The position numbers and the translations under genes were made by a program. Below the pieces are notes generated by a model. That model had not been told where the DNA came from and ran no database searches. It saw only the letters and a list, made by a program, of their open reading frames with translations. Shown in pieces: positions 10,984 through 24,674 of a DNA stretch of 64,000 nucleotides; the stretch's first letter is position 1, and every line of letters begins with the position of its first letter. The DNA is taken from NCBI RefSeq assembly GCF_006345805.1, contig NC_043025.1, positions 14,384,001-14,448,000 on the forward strand. Reading direction: 5' to 3'. This DNA comes from Octopus sinensis. Taxonomy: Eukaryota.

Positions 10984-11448
10984 TGGGATTGTGGGCTAAA
11001 GTCAAACATGGGAAGTAAAAAGAGAAAAGAAAATAAGATGGAAATGATCAAATTTCATGTTATATATATATATATATATAATATATATATATATATAAAG
11101 AGGGTAAAGACCCCCTTCGGTCATGAATGACCATGGGATTGCACCTAGAAAGTTACCCTCCTAGACACAGGTCCGGGCAAGGTTGTTTATGGAAGACCAG
11201 CAGTCGCCCATGCATACCAGCCTCCCCTCTCCACGCCACCAGTGCTATCCAAGGGAAAGGCAAAGGGGCCGATACAGCTTGGCACCAGTGACGTCACAAC
11301 ACATTTCTACAGCTGAGTGAACTGGAGCAACGTGAAATAAAGTGCCTTGCTCGAGAACACAACACGCAGCCCGGTCCGGGATTCGAGCTCACAACCTCAG
11401 GATCGTAAGCTCGACGCTCTAACCACTGAGCCATGTATATATAGACGC

Positions 11449-11750
11449 GTGGAGGCGCAATGGCCCAGTGGTTAGGGCAGCGGACTCGCGGTCATAGGAT
11501 CGCGGTTTCGATTCCCAGACCGGGCGTTGTTAGTGTTTATTGAGCGAAAACACCTAAAAGCTCCACGAGGCTCCGGCGGGGGGGGGGGGGATGATCCCTG
11601 CTGTACTCTTTCACCACTCTTTCTCCCACTCTTTCTTCTGTTGGCCTGCTCGCTTAGCCAGCGGGGTGGCGTCATTCGAAGGCTAAAACAATGCGAACGC
11701 ATTGTGACCAGCGATGTGTAACAACATCTGATGGTCTGGTCGGTCACGTG
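11449..11750 (+). mobile_element. Family B tRNA-headed SINE
   Basis: GGAGGCGCAATGGCCCAGTGGTTAGGGCAGCGGACTCGCGGTC...GGTTTCGATTCCC head. Copies at 3001-3385 (-), 19538-19848, 26616-26998 and 27700-27908 (-). Confidence 0.85.
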
Positions 11751-11766
11751 ATCATATATATATATA

Positions 11767-11939
11767 GGCGCAGACATGGTTGTGTGGTAAGAAGCTTGCT
11801 TCCCAACCACATGGTTCTGGGTTCAGTCCCACTGTGTGGGACCATGTGCAAGTGTCCCCTACTATATAGCCCTGAACTGACCAAAGCCTTTTCAGTGGAC
11901 TTGGAAAGCAAAAACTGAAAGAAGCCAATTGTGTGTGTG

Positions 11940-11972
<33 letters not shown>

Positions 11973-12609
11973 CTATATGTGTGTATGTGTTTCCCCCATC
12001 ACCACTTGACAACTGGTGTTTGTGTGTTTATGTCCCCGTAACTTAGTGGTTCAGCAAAGGAGAGTGATAGAATAAGGACTAGGCTTAAAAAATAAGTCTT
12101 GGGGGTAGGTTTTTTCAACTAAAACCCCTCGAGGCAGTGCTCCAGCATGGCCGTAGTCAAATGACTTCAACAAGTAAAAGAATAAAAGAAACTATATATA
12201 GGCGCAGGAGTGGCTGTGTGGTAAGTAGCTTGCTTACCAACCACATTCTTCCGGGTTCAGTCCCACTGCGTGACATCTTGGGCAAATGTCTTCTGCTATA
12301 GCCCCGGGCCGACCAATGCCTTGTGAGTGGATTTAGTAGACGGAAACTGAAAGAAGCCTGTCGTATATATGTATATATATATAAGTGTGTGTGTGTGTTT
12401 GTGTGTCTGTGTTTGTCCCCCTAGCATTGCTTGACAACTGATGCTGGTGTGTTTACGTTCCCGTCACCTAGCGGTTCGGCAAAAGAGACCGATAAAATAA
12501 GTACTGGGCTTACAAAGAATAAGTTCCGGGGTCGATTTGCTCGACTAAAGGCGGTGCTCCAGCATGGCCGCAGTAAAATGACTGAAACAAGTAAAAGAGT
12601 AAAGAGAGA
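11767..12609 (+). mobile_element. Two tandem family A SINEs (11767-12189, 12201-12609)
   Basis: Head-to-tail full-length copies separated by ACTATATATA. Confidence 0.85.
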
Positions 12610-13064
12610 GTATATGTTTTACTCTTTATTGTACACAGTATTATAGATCCGTTTCAGCCAATCTTACCAATTAGCTTCGTACATGAACGAGGTAAGTGGT
12701 GTGAGGTTGAGGTGAAAAAGGGAAGATAAAGGAATAAAGAGGGAAGGTTTGAAGCACAAAATCCCTTATTACCAAAGTTTCAGGACTTACACCACAAATA
12801 CTCACCCTAACGATGACAGATTTGTTACTGAAAAAACGAAAATTAGTTCATCATCCGTACAGAAATGTCAATTAGGAGAAGTGAAGTTGTTAATTAAAGT
12901 ATTAGGGCATGATGGGTGTGGGTGGATTGACAAAGATGTGAAGGGAGCAGACGGGGAAACAGTGAAATCTGTTGGAAACCAAAGTGATGGGTTGGCTGCT
13001 CATATCCTTACCCACCATCAGGGACTTCATTCTTTATACATTTTTCATAGTCAAGAGCTCGCTT

Positions 13065-13465
13065 GCAGGAGTGGCTGTGTGGTAAGTAGCTTGCTAACGA
13101 ACCACATGGTTCCGGGTTCAGTCCCACTGCATGGCATCTTGGGCAAGTGTCTTCTACTATAGCCCGGGCCGACCAATGCCTTGTGAGTGGATTTGGTAGA
13201 CGGAAACTGAAAGAAGCCTGTCGTATATATGTATATATATATATGTGTGTTGTATGTTTGTGTGTCTGTGTTTGTCCCCCTAGCATTGATTGACAACCGA
13301 TACTGGTGTGTTTACGTCCCTGTCACTTAGCGGTTCGGCAAAAGAGACCAATAGAATAAGTACTGGGCTTACAAAGAATAAGTCCCGGGGTCGATTGCTT
13401 GACTAAAGGCGGTGCTCCAGCATGGCCACAGTCAAATGACTGAAACAAGTAAAAGAGTAAAGAGT
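13065..13465 (+). mobile_element. Family A SINE
   Basis: Full-length copy. Confidence 0.85.
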
Positions 13466-13747
13466 ATACATATAAAGCTGACGATCACGCTCGGATGGTG
13501 CTGTTAGTGCTCCACTAGCACAGATGCCAATCATCGAATTTGATTTCGATTTCACTTGCCTCAACAGGTCTTTGCAAGCAGTGTCCAATGAAGGGAATGT
13601 ACGCATAAGAGGGCTGGTTACACCCCTGGCGTAGGCCACAAGGTTATGGTCTCATTTGGCTTGCTGGGTCTTCTCAAGCACAGCATATTTCCAAAAGTCT
13701 CGCTCACTAGTCATTACCTCGGCAAGGCCTGTGACCTCGTCTGTACC

Positions 13748-14175
13748 GTTGGCGATTTTTTTCCCTCTGTCTTCCCTTCTCTGGATCTTTCCTTCTCCTA
13801 TGTTTCCGACGAAGAGCTCCGCTCGAAACGTTAAACCCTCCTCCTTTCCTTCTTTCCTGAGCGTCCAATAACACTATACTTGTTCCATGTCCTCGCGTTG
13901 TTGTTTTTTTGTGTTTTCTTGTTTGGATTAACAATATATATATATATATTTCAATATGTGACTGTGTGTGTATCGTTGGCGATTTTCTTTCTCCGTCTTC
14001 CCTTCTTTGGACTTTTCTTTTTATCTATATTTCTGACAAAGAGTTCCGCTCTAAAAGTAAAATCCTCCTCTTTCCTTCCTTTCCTGAGCCTCCAATAACA
14101 CTACACTTGTTCCACGTCCTCGCGTTGTTGTGTTTTCTCCTTGTTCATGTTTGGATTAACTATATATGTGTATAT
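13748..14175. mobile_element. Two tandem ~200-bp (TA)n-associated repeats, possibly Penelope-like LTR fragments
   Basis: GGCGATTTTTTCCCTCTGTCTTCCC...GAAGAGCTCCGCTCGAAACGTTAAACC...TTTGGATTAAC-(TA)n. Other copies at 27228-27410, 30332-30515 and 56655-56835 (reverse). The Penelope assignment is inference. Confidence 0.55.
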
Positions 14176-14498
14176 ATATATGTATGTGCTTTTATGCTTC
14201 CCTGCTGATCACTTAGAAACTGGTGTTGGTTTGTTTACATCTCCACAACTTAGTGCTTGAGCAAAAGGGGCCAATAGGACAAGGACCAGACTTAAAATAA
14301 ATACTTGGGCTACTTGGTTTGACCAAAACCCTCCAAGGCAGTGCCCCAGGATGGCCACAGTCCAATGACTGAAACTAAGTAAAAGATGAAAATTGGACAG
14401 ATGGATGGATGGACGGACAGACAGATGGATGGACGTATAGATGGTGAGAGAGAGAAAGAGAGAGAGAGAGAAAGAGAGAGAGGGTGGCATATACTGAC

Positions 14499-14566
14499 CA
14501 AGAAGTGAAGCTAGAATAGGTCCATCCACAGGATCAGCGATGAGAGAATCCGGTTCATAATATTTA
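14499..14566 (-). CDS. SGSM1: SGSM1/2-like coding exon (KYYEPDSLIADPVDGPILASLL-V)
   Basis: Matches SGSM KYYEKEALLMDPVDGPILASLL. Boundaries ttttgcag| and G|gtcagt; 68 nt, phase 2 to 1. Confidence 0.95.
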
Positions 14567-15545
14567 CTGCAAAACAAAACAAAACAAATTATTTCACATT
14601 TAACATTATTAGTTGTGTTTATTACAGTATTAATTGATTGGTTAATTAACACCCCTGTAACATCGAGCCCAGTAATTAGAAACATGGACCATAATAACAC
14701 GCATATCATGCAGGGGACTCAAATACTTTTGGTATTTAACCTGTCTCAGACCATTTCTTATTTCTTTATTGCCCACAAGGGGCTAAACATAGAGGGGACA
14801 AACGAGGACAGACAAAGGGATTAAGTCGATTACATTGACCCCAGTGCTGGCAGAATCGTTAGCACGCCGGGCGAAATGCTAAGCGGTATTTCGTCTGCCG
14901 CTACGTTCTGAGTTCAAATTCCGCTGAGGTCAACTTTACCTTTCATCCTTTTGGGGTCGATAAATTAAGTACCAGTTACGAACTGGGGTCGATGTAATCG
15001 ACTTAATACCTATGTCTGTCCTTGTTTGTTCCCTCTGTGTTTAGCCCCTTGTGGGTAATAAAGAAATAGGTACTTATTTAATCAACCCCAAAAGGACGAA
15101 AGGCAAAGTCGACCTTGGGGGTCTACCAGAATAAAATGGTAATCAAAGGGGGTCCAGAGATAAAGAATGGTTGAGAACCATGTTTTATATTGTTCAACCT
15201 ACACAAAGGAATGTGTGGGAAACAAAATAGGAATTTTGGAAGAAGTTTCTAGAAAACTGGATTTTAAACATCGAATGGCTTTGGGGTTCACCAGAATAAA
15301 ATGGTAATCAAAGGGGGTCCAGAGATAATGAATGGTTGAGAACAAGGCTACGTGACCTCACATAAACATATCTATGACAAAATTAATTACTTGGGTAAAC
15401 AACTATGAGCAACCCACACATTTAATGTTGCACTAACTCGTCCTTCCTCACACATTTCACACTGCGAAGTGGTTAATCAAAATACAATTATAATAATTAC
15501 ACAGAAAGGAAACACGGTGCTAAATGGTAAACAGGGGTGACTTAC

Positions 15546-15680
15546 CTGCTGTTTTGCACAAGAAAATCAAGTATTTTGGCTAAATGTTTTTCAAATATAG
15601 AAATCCTAAGCCATAAATACTTGGGATTGTAGGAAGGAAGGCTTTTCTTTGGTTGGGTTTTCCCACTATCCAGAGATTTT
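15546..15680 (-). CDS. SGSM1: SGSM1/2-like coding exon (KSLDSGK...KYLWLRISIFEKHLAKILDFLVQNS-S), RUN domain
   Basis: Manual translation matches the RUN motif LWIRTALFEKVLDKIVHYLVENS. Boundaries ttttcag| and AG|gtaagt; 135 nt, phase 2 to 2. Confidence 0.95.
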
Positions 15681-15809
15681 CTGAAAAGGGAAATCCATCT
15701 GTTAGATTTCAACAATCAACTGTTACACATACATACACGATTACATTTATATATATATATATATATTAGAAGAAATGAGGTAATCAGAAGATCGGATGGT
15801 TATATTTAC

Positions 15810-15850
<41 letters not shown>

Positions 15851-16046
15851 TATATATAAATATATAATAAATATATATATAAATATATATAAATATATAT
15901 ATATATAAATATATATATAAATATATATATAAATATATTTATAAATATATATATAAATATATATATATATATTTACAGATATATATATATATATATTTAC
16001 AGATATATATATATATATATTTACAGATATATATATATATATTTAC

Positions 16047-16094
<48 letters not shown>

Positions 16095-16258
16095 TTACAG
16101 ATATATATATATATATATTTACAGATTATATATATATTATATATATATATAATATTGTATTTGACAAGTTCTAGAGCAGAATGAAAGCGCCAATAATAAC
16201 GAAGAAATAAAAGGATTTTTTTCTCAATATTCAATTCTGTATATCACACCTATACTCT

Positions 16259-16570
16259 GCGATGACATCTCTCACGCTGGACTTCTTTCTGATGATGTCA
16301 TCGCAGAGTATACACGCAGCAAGTATAGATGGGCTGGACACGTCGCCCGGCTCACCGATAATCGGTGAACTCACGCAGTTGTCGAGTGGTACCCGCATGA
16401 GCGGAAAAGACCACCCGGAAGACCTCAATGACGGTGGAGTGACGATTTCAGGAGGACGATTGGGATCACGTGGATGAGAAAGGCGCGATCCAGAGACGAG
16501 TGGACAGCGTGCTGTGACCAGCGGTGTCAAATGGATGCCTGACGGCCTGGTCATCGGAGGGATCAGGGTG
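16259..16570 (+). mobile_element. 5'-truncated RTE-clade LINE 3' end with target-site duplication
   Basis: KYRWAGHVARLTDNR*THAVVEWYPHERKRPPGRPQ*RWSDDF, flanked by ATATCACACCTA(A)TACTCT direct repeats. Confidence 0.85.
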
Positions 16571-16636
16571 ATATCACACCTAATACTCTATACATACATA
16601 CACACACACACATATATATATATATGTATGTATATG

Positions 16637-16668
<32 letters not shown>

Positions 16669-16945
16669 CATGGCCTAGTAGTGAAGGTGTTGCACTTGCA
16701 ATTGCGAGATCTTGGTTTCAGTTCCTAGACCGGGTCGGGCATTGTGTCCTTGAGCAAGACACTTCATCTCACATTGCTCTGCAATCAGTTTGACACCTTG
16801 CCCTTGTGTAGACAACATCTATTTGACGGAGAGAGTGAACTCAGGTACAACACATTTGATTGCTATAAACAAATCATTCGCACAGATTGTTCGGCAAAAG
16901 CACAATGCTCAGACGTCGTCTTCGATGAGAGAGAGGCCATCATCA

Positions 16946-16984
<39 letters not shown>

Positions 16985-17799
16985 TTATAAGTGAAGGTGC
17001 ATGGCACAGTGGTTAAGGTGTTGCACTTATAATTGCGAGATTGTTGGTTCAGTTCCCCAGAGAGGGCATTGCATTGTGTTCTTGAGCAAAGCACTTCATT
17101 TCACGTTGCTATGTGATCATTTCATCATCTGACATGTGGCACCCAGTTGCACCTGTACAGGTAATGTCGATCAGATGGAGAGAGAGAGTGAGCTTGTGTC
17201 TACGGAAACATTTGACCATTATAAATAAATCATCTGTGTGGTTGTTCGGCAAGAAATTGCCGAACCTTTATACATCGTCTAACAACGGGAGAGTCCATCA
17301 TATATATACACACCTCATCCACACCTCTTTACCACAATTTATCTCGTAGCAGATGTTACTGATTCATCCTTACTTTCTCATCTAAATGCGAATGGCCCCT
17401 GCAGCTCTCCTACAATAACAACCCCTGCTCTGCCCTTCTGAACCTTCTCAAATCTGAACCCTCACCTGCAATCATAAAGCTCCTCCGCCCAGGTTTCATA
17501 GGCTTGTGAGCTGCACAGCAATCTTGCTACAGCTGCTGGTGGTGGTGGCACAAGAGAAGTACCTAGGTACCCAGTACACACAGTAAAGTACCCAGGTAGC
17601 CAGTACACACAGTAAAGTACCCAGGTACCCAGTACACACTGTAAAGTGGCTGGTGTTAGGAAAATCATCCGACTATAGAAACCATGCTAAAGTTGACACT
17701 GGAGCGCAAAGTAGTCCTCGGACCCATCACATCCTGTCAAACCAGCCAACCCATTTTATAACAAGGATATTAAATGATGATGATGATGATGGTTTGGCA

Positions 17800-18220
17800 G
17801 CTGACTTGGCAGACACCCATAAAATTATCAACCATCTTACAAACAATAACTCTGAGCACCTTTTCAAACTCCACCTGTCTAACACCCTTGGACATATTTA
17901 CAAAGTCAGAAAACAGCACAGCTCCCATGACTTTCGGAAACATTTTTTCACGCTAAGAGTTGCTGAAGCATGGAACAAACTGCCGGCATCGGTTGTTAGT
18001 TGTCGGAGCACTGCATCCTTGAAAACTTCCATGCTTTCTGAGATTCGCCAACACTACACCTGATTTTCTCCCCTCCATACACACAAGCAAGCATCTATCT
18101 GACTCATACATTGTTCCCTTTCCAGACATTTGTACATTACTGCATACACTTTATACGCACTTTCTGACAAGTTGTGGTGCACCTGAGCACTGTATACAAT
18201 AATTTCATTATTATTATTAT
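17800..18220 (+). mobile_element. CR1/L2-clade LINE 3' fragment
   Basis: GHIYKVRKQHSSHDFRKHFFTLRVAEAWNKLPASVV...EIRQHYT* plus 3' UTR ending in (TTA)n. A second copy lies at 24675-25075. Confidence 0.8.
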
Positions 18221-19128
18221 TATATAAGATGATGATATATCTTAACTGTTAAAGCAAGTTTCTATTAAACATAAACGTTACTCATTTGTAATCGCATAAT
18301 TGGTCAAGTGAATTATGACCTGCAATAAAATTATTTTAATGTTAGTCAAAATGTTAATTAAATATCAGGTAATAACTTCAATTGGTTCATTAATAAATTT
18401 TTTTCTTTTTTTTTTTTTTGAGAAAGACTATAAAATCTTGCAAACTTCTGAAATATCTGTAAATTTCAAAATTCAGATTTGGTTCCCGGATGCAGTTGGA
18501 ACCTTTCACTTGGAACAAATTTCAGATCTAAGTGGGGGATGTGTTCTAGGTTGTTCCTTTTGTTTGTTTGTTTTTTGATGTTTTTTAGAATTAAAAAAAA
18601 AAAAAACCCATTATTTATTTGAATTTACAAAAAAAAAAAAAGAATCTGGAAGAAATTAATGGACGTTATTGTTACCACCAATGTATCCCAATGACTCAGT
18701 TTTCAGCAAAGAGACAAGAAAAACCAACGTCTGGATTTTAACCAAAACTGTTAGAACTGCACCAAAATTCGAAACCATTTTCATGCTGTTCGGAATCGAC
18801 AGAGAATATCGCAAAGTTTGCAGGATTTTATGGAATAAAATAGGAAAAAAAACAAAGGCAGTTTGGTGTTGTGTTGTAGCAAGTTGTTAAATTGGTTTGG
18901 AATCGACAACAACAACAACAACAACAACAACAGCAACAGCAGCAGCAGCTGTAGCAGCAAGGATACCAGCAAACTGTGTTAAACGAAGCTATAATTAATA
19001 TAAATGAGCATGGTATTGGTTTTCAGTCAATTAAAAGCACTTTTGCTGGTTTTAGCTTCGGCTTTTATATCCTTTAAAATAATATCATTAAAAAAAAAAA
19101 ATGTGTGTGTAATATTTCACTGATACAT

Positions 19129-19177
<49 letters not shown>

Positions 19178-20348
19178 GATATAATATGAAATGTTAATAC
19201 ACACACACACACACAATTTTAACAACATAGACATAATTTCAAATGTTAACACAAAATGCATACATACATATATATATATATATACATACATACATATATA
19301 TATATATACATACATGCACATACACATCTATAAATACATATAATCGCAAATGTTAACACACATGCTTACGCATATATACCTACACATACAAACTTAAATG
19401 TTAACACACACACATACAAACATACACACCACACATTAACACAATCTCAAATGTTAACACATATAGACATACACGTACATATACATGTATCTACATATAC
19501 ATATATATATATAAATGCATATATATATATGTACATGTGGAGGTGCAATAGCCCAGTGGTTAGGGCAGCAGACTCGCGGTCGTAGGATTGCAGTTTCAAT
19601 TCCCAGACCGGGCATTGTGAGTGTTTATTGAGCGAAAACACCTAAAAGCTCCACGAGGCTCCGGCAGGGGTGGTAGTGATCCCTGCTGTACCCTTGTACC
19701 ACAACTTTCTCTCACTCTTTCTTCTGTTGGCCTGCTCGCTTAGCCAGCGGGGTGGTGTCATTTAAAGGATAAAACAATGCGAAGCGCATTGTGACCAGCG
19801 ATGTGTAGCAACATCTGATAGCCTGGTTGGTCACGGTGATCATGGTGATATATATGTACATACAAACATATAATCTCAAATGTTAATGCACACACACACA
19901 CACACACATATACATACATACAATCTCAAATGTTTACACATACAGACACACACATGTACATACATACACATACGTACCTACACACAGACACAATCTTAAA
20001 TGTTAACACACACACACACACATGTACACACCATACATAAACACACTCTCAAATGTTAAGACATACACATCTACACATTCATACACACACACTATGTTAA
20101 TAACACACATTATCTGCAAAAAGGAAAAATCAAACAGGAATTAGTATTTAAATTCAGGTTAAGTAATAAAATCGTCATTAACATTGTTAATGATGTAAGT
20201 CAAGACATTTTTAATTGATTAAAATTTCAATCGTAACAAGAGGAAACGTTTTTCAGTTATTATAAATTCTGGTCAAGAAGAAAAGGGGAGGCCACCTCTG
20301 AAATTTTAATTGATTTTAAACTTAATTAAAAACAGAATATTAACAATA

Positions 20349-20509
20349 GGCCTAGGAGTGGCTGTGTGGTAAGTAGCTTGCTTACCAACCACATGGTTCT
20401 GGGTTCAGTCCCACTGCATTGCACTTCGAGCAAGTGTCTTCTACTTTAGCCTCGGGCCAACCAAAGCCTTGTGAGTGGATTTGGTAGACGGAAACTGAAA
20501 AAAGCCCAT

Positions 20510-20566
<57 letters not shown>

Positions 20567-20782
20567 CATATACATATGTATGTGTGTATATATATTTGTG
20601 TCTGTGTTTGTCCCCCCAACATCGCTTGACAACTGATGCTGGTGTGTTTATGTCCCCATAACTTAGCGGTTTGGCAAAAGAGACCCAATAGAATAAGTAC
20701 TAGGCTTACAAAGAATAAGTCCTGGGGTCGATTTGCTCAAGTAAAGGCGGTGCTCCAGCATGGCCACAGTCAAATGACTAAG
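20349..20782 (+). mobile_element. Family A SINE
   Basis: Full-length copy with expanded internal (TA)n. Confidence 0.85.
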
Positions 20783-21113
20783 ACATGGTTCTCCTGGGAT
20801 GTTGTTTAGGTGTTTCTGACATCCCCCTTTTTTTTATCATACCTAGACAATAAAAGGAACAGCTTTTGTTATCATCATCATCATCATCATTATCATTATT
20901 AAGGCAGCAGGCTGGCAGAACCATTAGCACACCAGATGAAATGTTTAGCAGTATTTCGTCCATTGCTAAATGCTGAGTTCAAATTCTGCTGAGGTTGGCT
21001 TTACCTTTCATCCTTTCGAGGTCAATAAAATAAGTACCAGTTGAACTTTGAGGTTGATGTAATCGACTCATCTCCTACCCCAAAATTACTGCCCTTGTAC
21101 CAAAATTTGAAAC

Positions 21114-21140
<27 letters not shown>

Positions 21141-21144
<4 letters not shown>

Positions 21145-21484
21145 GTTGCATTTAGGAATGGTCATTTTGCCAGTTTAGCCAATAAAAACCCACGCACTAT
21201 ATATTTGGTGTTATTTTGCTTCAGTGTTATTTATTTTTTACATTAATCTTAATCTTATTTCGGCCAGAGTTCTTTCGTCACACTCCTGTGACCTCGTCAG
21301 TGGTCCTTTGCTTTCTTCTTTCTTATTTGTGTGTCTCTCCTTACTAACCGTCAGCCATTTTGTATTTCTATTGTATGTCCTCATTTGCGCATGCTTATAT
21401 CTCTATGTGCGTCTATGTTTATTTAGTGTGTTTATTTATTTATTGGCTAAACTGGCAAAATGACCATTCCAAAATATAACAATA
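21141..21484. mobile_element. MITE-like element with ~45-bp TIRs in an (ATT)n context
   Basis: GGAATGGTCATTTTGCCAGTTTAGCCAATAA at left is the exact reverse complement of TTATTGGCTAAACTGGCAAAATGACCATTCC at right. Confidence 0.75.
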
Positions 21485-22168
21485 TCTGTTTCAACACACG
21501 ACTTCACATAAAAAATCTTGCACTACAAATATATTATTATTATCATTATTATTATCATTAGCAAGCAAGGCACAATAATGAAAGAAAAGAGATAAAAATG
21601 TTAAAAACCGTTGTTGGATCTGTTTGCGTTCTTCGAAAATTGTTTTAGTCATTATTTTAGAAAGATGCGGATGAAAGTCAAATTGCTAAAGAAGCAGATG
21701 AGCTTTGATTTATGAAGGAAATGGGAAAAAGAAATAATAAAGAAGGCGAGGAGGGACAGGTTAGTTCGTTAGTTATTTAGTTAGAGCAACGATAAGGTGT
21801 TTGGCATCTTCATTAACGGGAATCTCACATAAACGGCAAGCCCTCAATTATTCGGTAAAGGCCCAACATGCTGAGGTTGCTGATCTGAGGGGACGGATAA
21901 GGAGGTTTCTCACAGATTTTGGAATGCGACGGAGGAACGGAGGAGTTCTGTGCCGGCCATGTTTTGGTGCTCCACTGGGCAAATGCTTTCGAAAAACTGA
22001 AGGGAACAACAGGGAAGAAATAAAGAGAATATTTAAGAAGGACAAAACAGGAAAAAACAAAGAAAAACGGAAAAGAAAAAGAAAAACGGAAAAGAAAAAA
22101 AAAGAAAAACAGAAAATAAAAATAAAAGGAAAAGAATTGTTTTGCAAGGTTTTGTTGAAAACATCAAG

Positions 22169-22726
22169 TTAACCCTTTAACATTTAAACTGACCATATCC
22201 AGCCAAAATAGTCTTCCTGTTTTATGTTCAGACTGGCCACATCCAGCCTCTCACACCAACCCCACAATGTCAATCTAACACTAAACAATCACCTCATTGA
22301 AATCTCAAAGCTATGGGGATAATCCAGGATTTATTCAAATCAATGTGGATAAATAAGGATTACATCTGGCAGGGTAATCTGGATGCTAAAGTGACATACA
22401 TAGATAAGACATTGGGTGTGGTTTGAGGGAGATTTGGCTGCTATTTCTAACAGGACCAACCACCATGTAGAAGTCACCACTGTTTCTTCGTACATAGATA
22501 TATAAACCTGTAGCATCTAAACCAGTCATATTCGGCCCAAATATTCTACTTGTTTTATGTTCAGACTGGCCAGATCCAGCCTCTCACACCAACCCCACAA
22601 TGTCATTCTAACACTAAACAATCACATCATTGAAATCTCAAAGCTATGGGGATAATCCAGGATTAATTCAAAACAATGTGGATAAATAAGGATTATGTTT
22701 GACAGAGTAGTCTGAATGCTAAAGGG
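22169..22726 (+). mobile_element. Two co-oriented ~220-bp copies of a piggyBac-like non-autonomous element
   Basis: Begins TTAA-CCCTTT. The body TGTTTTATGTTCAGACTGGCC...ATGCTAAAG is repeated at 22169-22392 and 22510-22726. Confidence 0.55.
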
Positions 22727-22999
22727 AAAGGTTGAAATCGTAATGATATGGGCCTGTGTCTGGCTTTTCAGTTTAAGATTCTTTTCATTATTGGGATGGG
22801 GGGGGCTTAGAATTTCTGCTCATTTCCCCCGATTTCAATGAAAGTATATCAGTGAAAATTTGTGGTCTTTCATCATTGCCTCTGTGAGGCCCAACATTCG
22901 ATGGTCATGCTTGACCACCTCATCCCATATCTTCCTGAGTCTACATCTCCCCTGGATACCTTCAACCGTTTGGGAGTGGCACTTCTTCAAACACACACA

Positions 23000-23332
23000 T
23001 CATCATCATCCTCATCGTTTAACGTCCGTTTTCCACGCTAGCACGGGTTGGACGGTTCGACCGGAGTCTGGGAAGCCAGGGGCTGCACCAGGCTCCAGTC
23101 TGATCTGGCAGTGTTTCTACAGCTGGATGCCCTTCCTAACGCCAACCATTCCGCGAGTGTAGTTGGTGCTTTTTACGTGCCACCTGCACAGGTGCCAGGG
23201 GGGGTCTAGCATCGGCCACGATCGGTTGGAGCTTTTAACGTGTCACCGGCACGGGAGCCAGCCAAGGTGGCACTGGCAACGGCCACGTTCGGATGGTGCT
23301 TTTTATGTGCCACCGGCACAGAAGCCAGTCAA
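23000..23332 (-). mobile_element. Family D retroposon copy
   Basis: Same sequence as 4899-5352, with (CAT)n at the left end. Confidence 0.8.
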
Positions 23333-23914
23333 ACACACATATATATATATATGCATGAGTCTTTGTTCCCCCATTACAGCTTGACAACAGGTATTGGTAT
23401 GTTTATGTCTCCATAACAACATAGCGATTTGGCAAAAAGGGACCAATAGAATAAGCACTGGGCATAAAAGAAAATAAGTCCAAGGGTCAATTTGTTCAAC
23501 TGAAAGACAAAAAACCCCTTCAAAGCAGTGCTCCAGCATGGACACAGTCAAATGAGTAAAGGAATAAAGGGATATCATATATATCTAGAAAGACAAGAGA
23601 ATCATAGCTTTAATGTATTTGATCATGAGTCTCTGCTCGATTGAGGCTGACCTGGGGTTAAACAACAGCAACAACAAAATTAACATCAAGCCAATGAGGG
23701 AACATTTACGTGGACACTTGACCTGCTAGAAATAACAGCTAAATCTACCTGAAATCCCACTTCACTACACTGTCTCATCTGCAGATAATGTAATCTTACA
23801 TCTACAAAGACAGGATGGTCATGGCTTCAGTGTGCTTGATCATCAGTCTCTTCTTGACCCAGGGTTAAACAACAAGAAGAGTAATAACAAGAAAGAGGAG
23901 GGTCGGGGGTTTAC

Positions 23915-24080
23915 CTTGTCGGATCATTGTTGGCTTCGATCTCCTGAACGATCTTAAGAACCTGCCAAGCGGGTTCGTAATGTTTGGATAGTTTCTGAAG
24001 AAGTGCTGTAGTGGTTCCATGCTTGAAAAGTCCGAGGGACCGTTTCTTTAGACCATGTAACAGACACGCCTCAACTGCTC
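23915..24080 (-). CDS. SGSM1: SGSM1/2-like coding exon (GAVEACLLHGLKKRSLGLFKHGTT...NNDPT-R), RUN domain
   Basis: Matches SGSM AVEACVLHGLRRRA. Boundaries cttccag| and AG|gtaaac; 166 nt, phase 1 to 2, in frame with neighbours. Confidence 0.95.
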
Positions 24081-24634
24081 CTGGAAGAAGAAGAAGAGAA
24101 AACGACAAGGGTTAAAAACCTGGGTTCCAGTTGATCGGGGTTCTTGGATTGAGTACCCTCTGGTGAAGATGGAGGGGACAAGGGATTGAATAATCACGTA
24201 TACTTACATACTCATATATACATACAAGCACACATACAAGCACATACACATACATACATGCATTTATACATACATATTTACACAGATATATATATATATA
24301 TATATATTAATAATAAAATATTAGGGAATAAATCCAAACTTACAGGGAAAAATCAGATTTAGGATTGAATCCAATTTTATAGTAAAATATTATATTATAT
24401 TAAATTAGAGATAAAACCACTATTAGGCAAATCATACAATGAAAAACTTAAGCCAATACATAAGATTAATTAATTTATATTATTTTAAATATATATCAAA
24501 AGTATTAAAAGTTTAATAAAAGATAAAGAGTAAAACACTACGATCGTTTCATGGCTGTACAATTCGTAATAATTCGAGTTATGGTTACAGTCAATCTTCA
24601 GGTTAATTGAAATATTTATCTTAGCGAGGTTTAG

Positions 24635-24672
<38 letters not shown>

Positions 24673-24674
24673 CA

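Noticed and set aside
11449-11530. tRNA-like sequences (heads of families A, B, E and others)
   Set aside because: They continue into SINE bodies and lack a complete cloverleaf; not tRNA genes.
21801-22172. 123-aa ORF with a Lys-rich tail
   Set aside because: The tail is an A-rich simple repeat, and the front part looks like an unassignable TE remnant with no recognisable domain.
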